This document shows positions 62,453 to 64,000 of a stretch of 64,000 nt of DNA, piece by piece. Origin of the DNA: Planctomycetota bacterium (GTDB lineage: Bacteria; Planctomycetota; B15-G4; SIAN01); NCBI GenBank assembly GCA_031409275.1, contig JANNXA010000010.1, positions 160,001 to 224,000 on the forward strand. The letters run 5' to 3'. The notes beneath the pieces were generated by a model, which made no database searches, was not told the DNA's origin, and saw only the letters and a list, made by a program, of their open reading frames with translations. Both the position numbers and the translations under genes were made by a program. Within the stretch, counting starts at the first letter, position 1. The number at the start of each line of letters is the position of its first letter.

Positions 62453-63619
62453 TCACGGGCTCGCGGACGGGAAGACGTCGTAGCGCAGCCACCGGCATTC
62501 GATCGGGCCATCCATCAGCGGCATCTTGCGGCTCGCCTTCAAGCCGAGCAGGCGCGGCAGCTCAGGATTGCCCGACAGCACATGCGCGTGGCAGCCGAGC
62601 GCCTTCTGGTGCAGGAAGCGGCCGAGCGCATTCCACGAGTCGATCAGCTCCTCGCCTTCGCCGAGGCGCTGCCCCCACGGCGGATTGGTCACCAGCGTGA
62701 ACGGCGGCGCCGGCGGCACGAAGTCGTCGACCTCCGCATGCGTGAACGAGACCAGCCCCTCGACCTGCGCTTCGCGCCCGCTCCGCCGCGCCAGCTCGAT
62801 CGCCCCTTCGTGCCGATCGGCGCCCGCGATCGCGAACGGCAGCGCCCGCTTCGCGCGCTGCACCGCACCCTCCTTCATGATCGCCCACGTGCGCACGTCG
62901 AAGTCGGGGAAGCGCTCGAAGGCGAAGCGACGCAGCATGCCGGGCGCGCGGTCGGCGGCGATGCACGCGGCCTCCACGACGAACGTCCCCGAGCCGCACA
63001 TCGGGTCGACCAGCGTCGACTTGCGATCCCACGACGAGGCCAGCAGCAATCCGGCCGCGATCGCCTCGTTCAGCGGGCTCTTGACCTGGATCGGCCGCCA
63101 GCCGCGCTTGTGCAGGCTCTCGCCCGACAGGTTCACGTAGAGGCGCAGCCGATCCTTGAGCAGCGTGAGCTTGATCGGCAGATGCGGATCGTTGGTGTCG
63201 ACATTGGGCCGGCGCCCGAACTTCTTGCGGAAGCGGTCGACGATCGCGTCCTTCGCGGTGAGCGCGGCGAAGCCGGAGTGAGTGATGGCTGAATCGCGCA
63301 CCGACGCATCGATGGCCAGCGTGCCGTCCACATCGAGCCACCGCTCCCACTCGATCTCGGTGACCGAGCCGTAGAGCTCCTCCTTGATGCGCACCGGAAC
63401 GTCCAGCACGAGCTGCTGCACGCGCACCGCGGCGCGCAGCCAGAGGTTCGCCGCGTAGCCGAGGTTCTTGTCGCCGCGGAAGGCGACGCCGCCGCGACGC
63501 ACTTCGACGTCGCTCGCGCGCAGACCGGCCAGTTCCTCCGCCACCACCAGCTCGAGGCCGAGCGTGCAGGGGGCGAAGTAGTCGAACAGCGTCGCGCCGT
63601 CTTGCGCCGGCAGCGTCAT
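62453..63619 (-). CDS. THUMP-domain rRNA methyltransferase (RlmL-like, stand-alone)
   Basis: 'SGESLHKRGWR', 'DPMCGSGT', 'TNPPWGQR'. Confidence 0.92.
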   Translation of the reverse strand: MTLPAQDGATLFDYFAPCTLGLELVVAEELAGLRASDVEVRRGGVAFRGDKNLGYAANLWLRAAVRVQQLVLDVPVRIKEELYGSVTEIEWERWLDVDGTLAIDASVRDSAITHSGFAALTAKDAIVDRFRKKFGRRPNVDTNDPHLPIKLTLLKDRLRLYVNLSGESLHKRGWRPIQVKSPLNEAIAAGLLLASSWDRKSTLVDPMCGSGTFVVEAACIAADRAPGMLRRFAFERFPDFDVRTWAIMKEGAVQRAKRALPFAIAGADRHEGAIELARRSGREAQVEGLVSFTHAEVDDFVPPAPPFTLVTNPPWGQRLGEGEELIDSWNALGRFLHQKALGCHAHVLSGNPELPRLLGLKASRKMPLMDGPIECRWLRYDVFPSASP

Positions 63620-63999
63620 CGCAACGACGCCAGGAAGGCGACGAGGTCGCGCAGATCGCGCGGCTCCATGCGAGTGGCGAGTTCGGCCGGCATCGCCGAG
63701 AGGCCGATCCGTCGCGATTGGACGCCGCTCTTCAGCACCGCGAGCTGACGGAAGTCGACGGTCGCCACCCGCCAATGGGTCGCGTCCTCGCCGATCACGC
63801 GACCGTCGACCACCTGGCCATCGCTCATGACGAACACGGTCGAGTTGTAGCCCACCGCGGCGTCGCGATTCGGATCGACGATCGAAGCCAGCAGGTAGGT
63901 GGCATCGCGCCGCGCGGCGATCCCGGCGAGATCAGGGCCCGCTTCACCGGCGCCCTCGTTGCCGACCTTGTGGCACTTCACGCACTGCAGGTCATTGCG
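63616..63999 (-). CDS. C-terminal end of a PVC-type heme-binding CxxCH protein (truncated by window edge)
   Basis: 'QCVKCHKVG...AGPDLAGIA...LLASIVDPN...SAMP...DLVAFL'. Confidence 0.85.
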   Translation of the reverse strand, partial: RNDLQCVKCHKVGNEGAGEAGPDLAGIAARRDATYLLASIVDPNRDAAVGYNSTVFVMSDGQVVDGRVIGEDATHWRVATVDFRQLAVLKSGVQSRRIGLSAMPAELATRMEPRDLRDLVAFLASLR

Positions 64000-64000
64000 G

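Overview
Very GC-rich bacterial DNA, densely coding, most likely from a Planctomycetota-type genome. That placement is an inference from the ECF-sigma/Ser-Thr kinase pair, many HEAT/TPR proteins, repeated sulfatase-like genes and a PVC-type CxxCH cytochrome. About 47 real CDS can be picked out; most long ORFs in the six-frame track are antisense shadows. Recognisable content: tRNA-Arg(CCT), type III PKS, M28 peptidase, CocE/NonD hydrolase, pbpC + alpha-2-macroglobulin, mgtE, rRNA pseudouridine synthase, a cheA-W-MCP-B-R-Y-X-X' cluster, mutM, a Deg/HtrA protease, sdhCAB and an RlmL-like methyltransferase. The best candidate for an undescribed system is the minus-strand, translationally coupled operon at 1321-11101. 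It encodes (1) a Sec-exported RHS/YD protein that has lost the autoproteolysis motifs and carries a CxxCH motif where the toxin would be, (2) a small secreted protein with one YD unit plus a CFI-box-CTERM tail in place of an immunity gene, and (3) a GT4 glycosyltransferase, a nucleotidyltransferase-like protein, a membrane protein and a membrane-anchored Thr-type 'sulfatase'. A kinase/ECF pair lies directly upstream. Also notable: two copies of a ~160-180 bp MITE-like element, an internally deleted GH95, a HExxH->HNxxH pseudo-zincin, and possible kinase-less kinase modules. All calls come from motif reading by eye; no searches were run.
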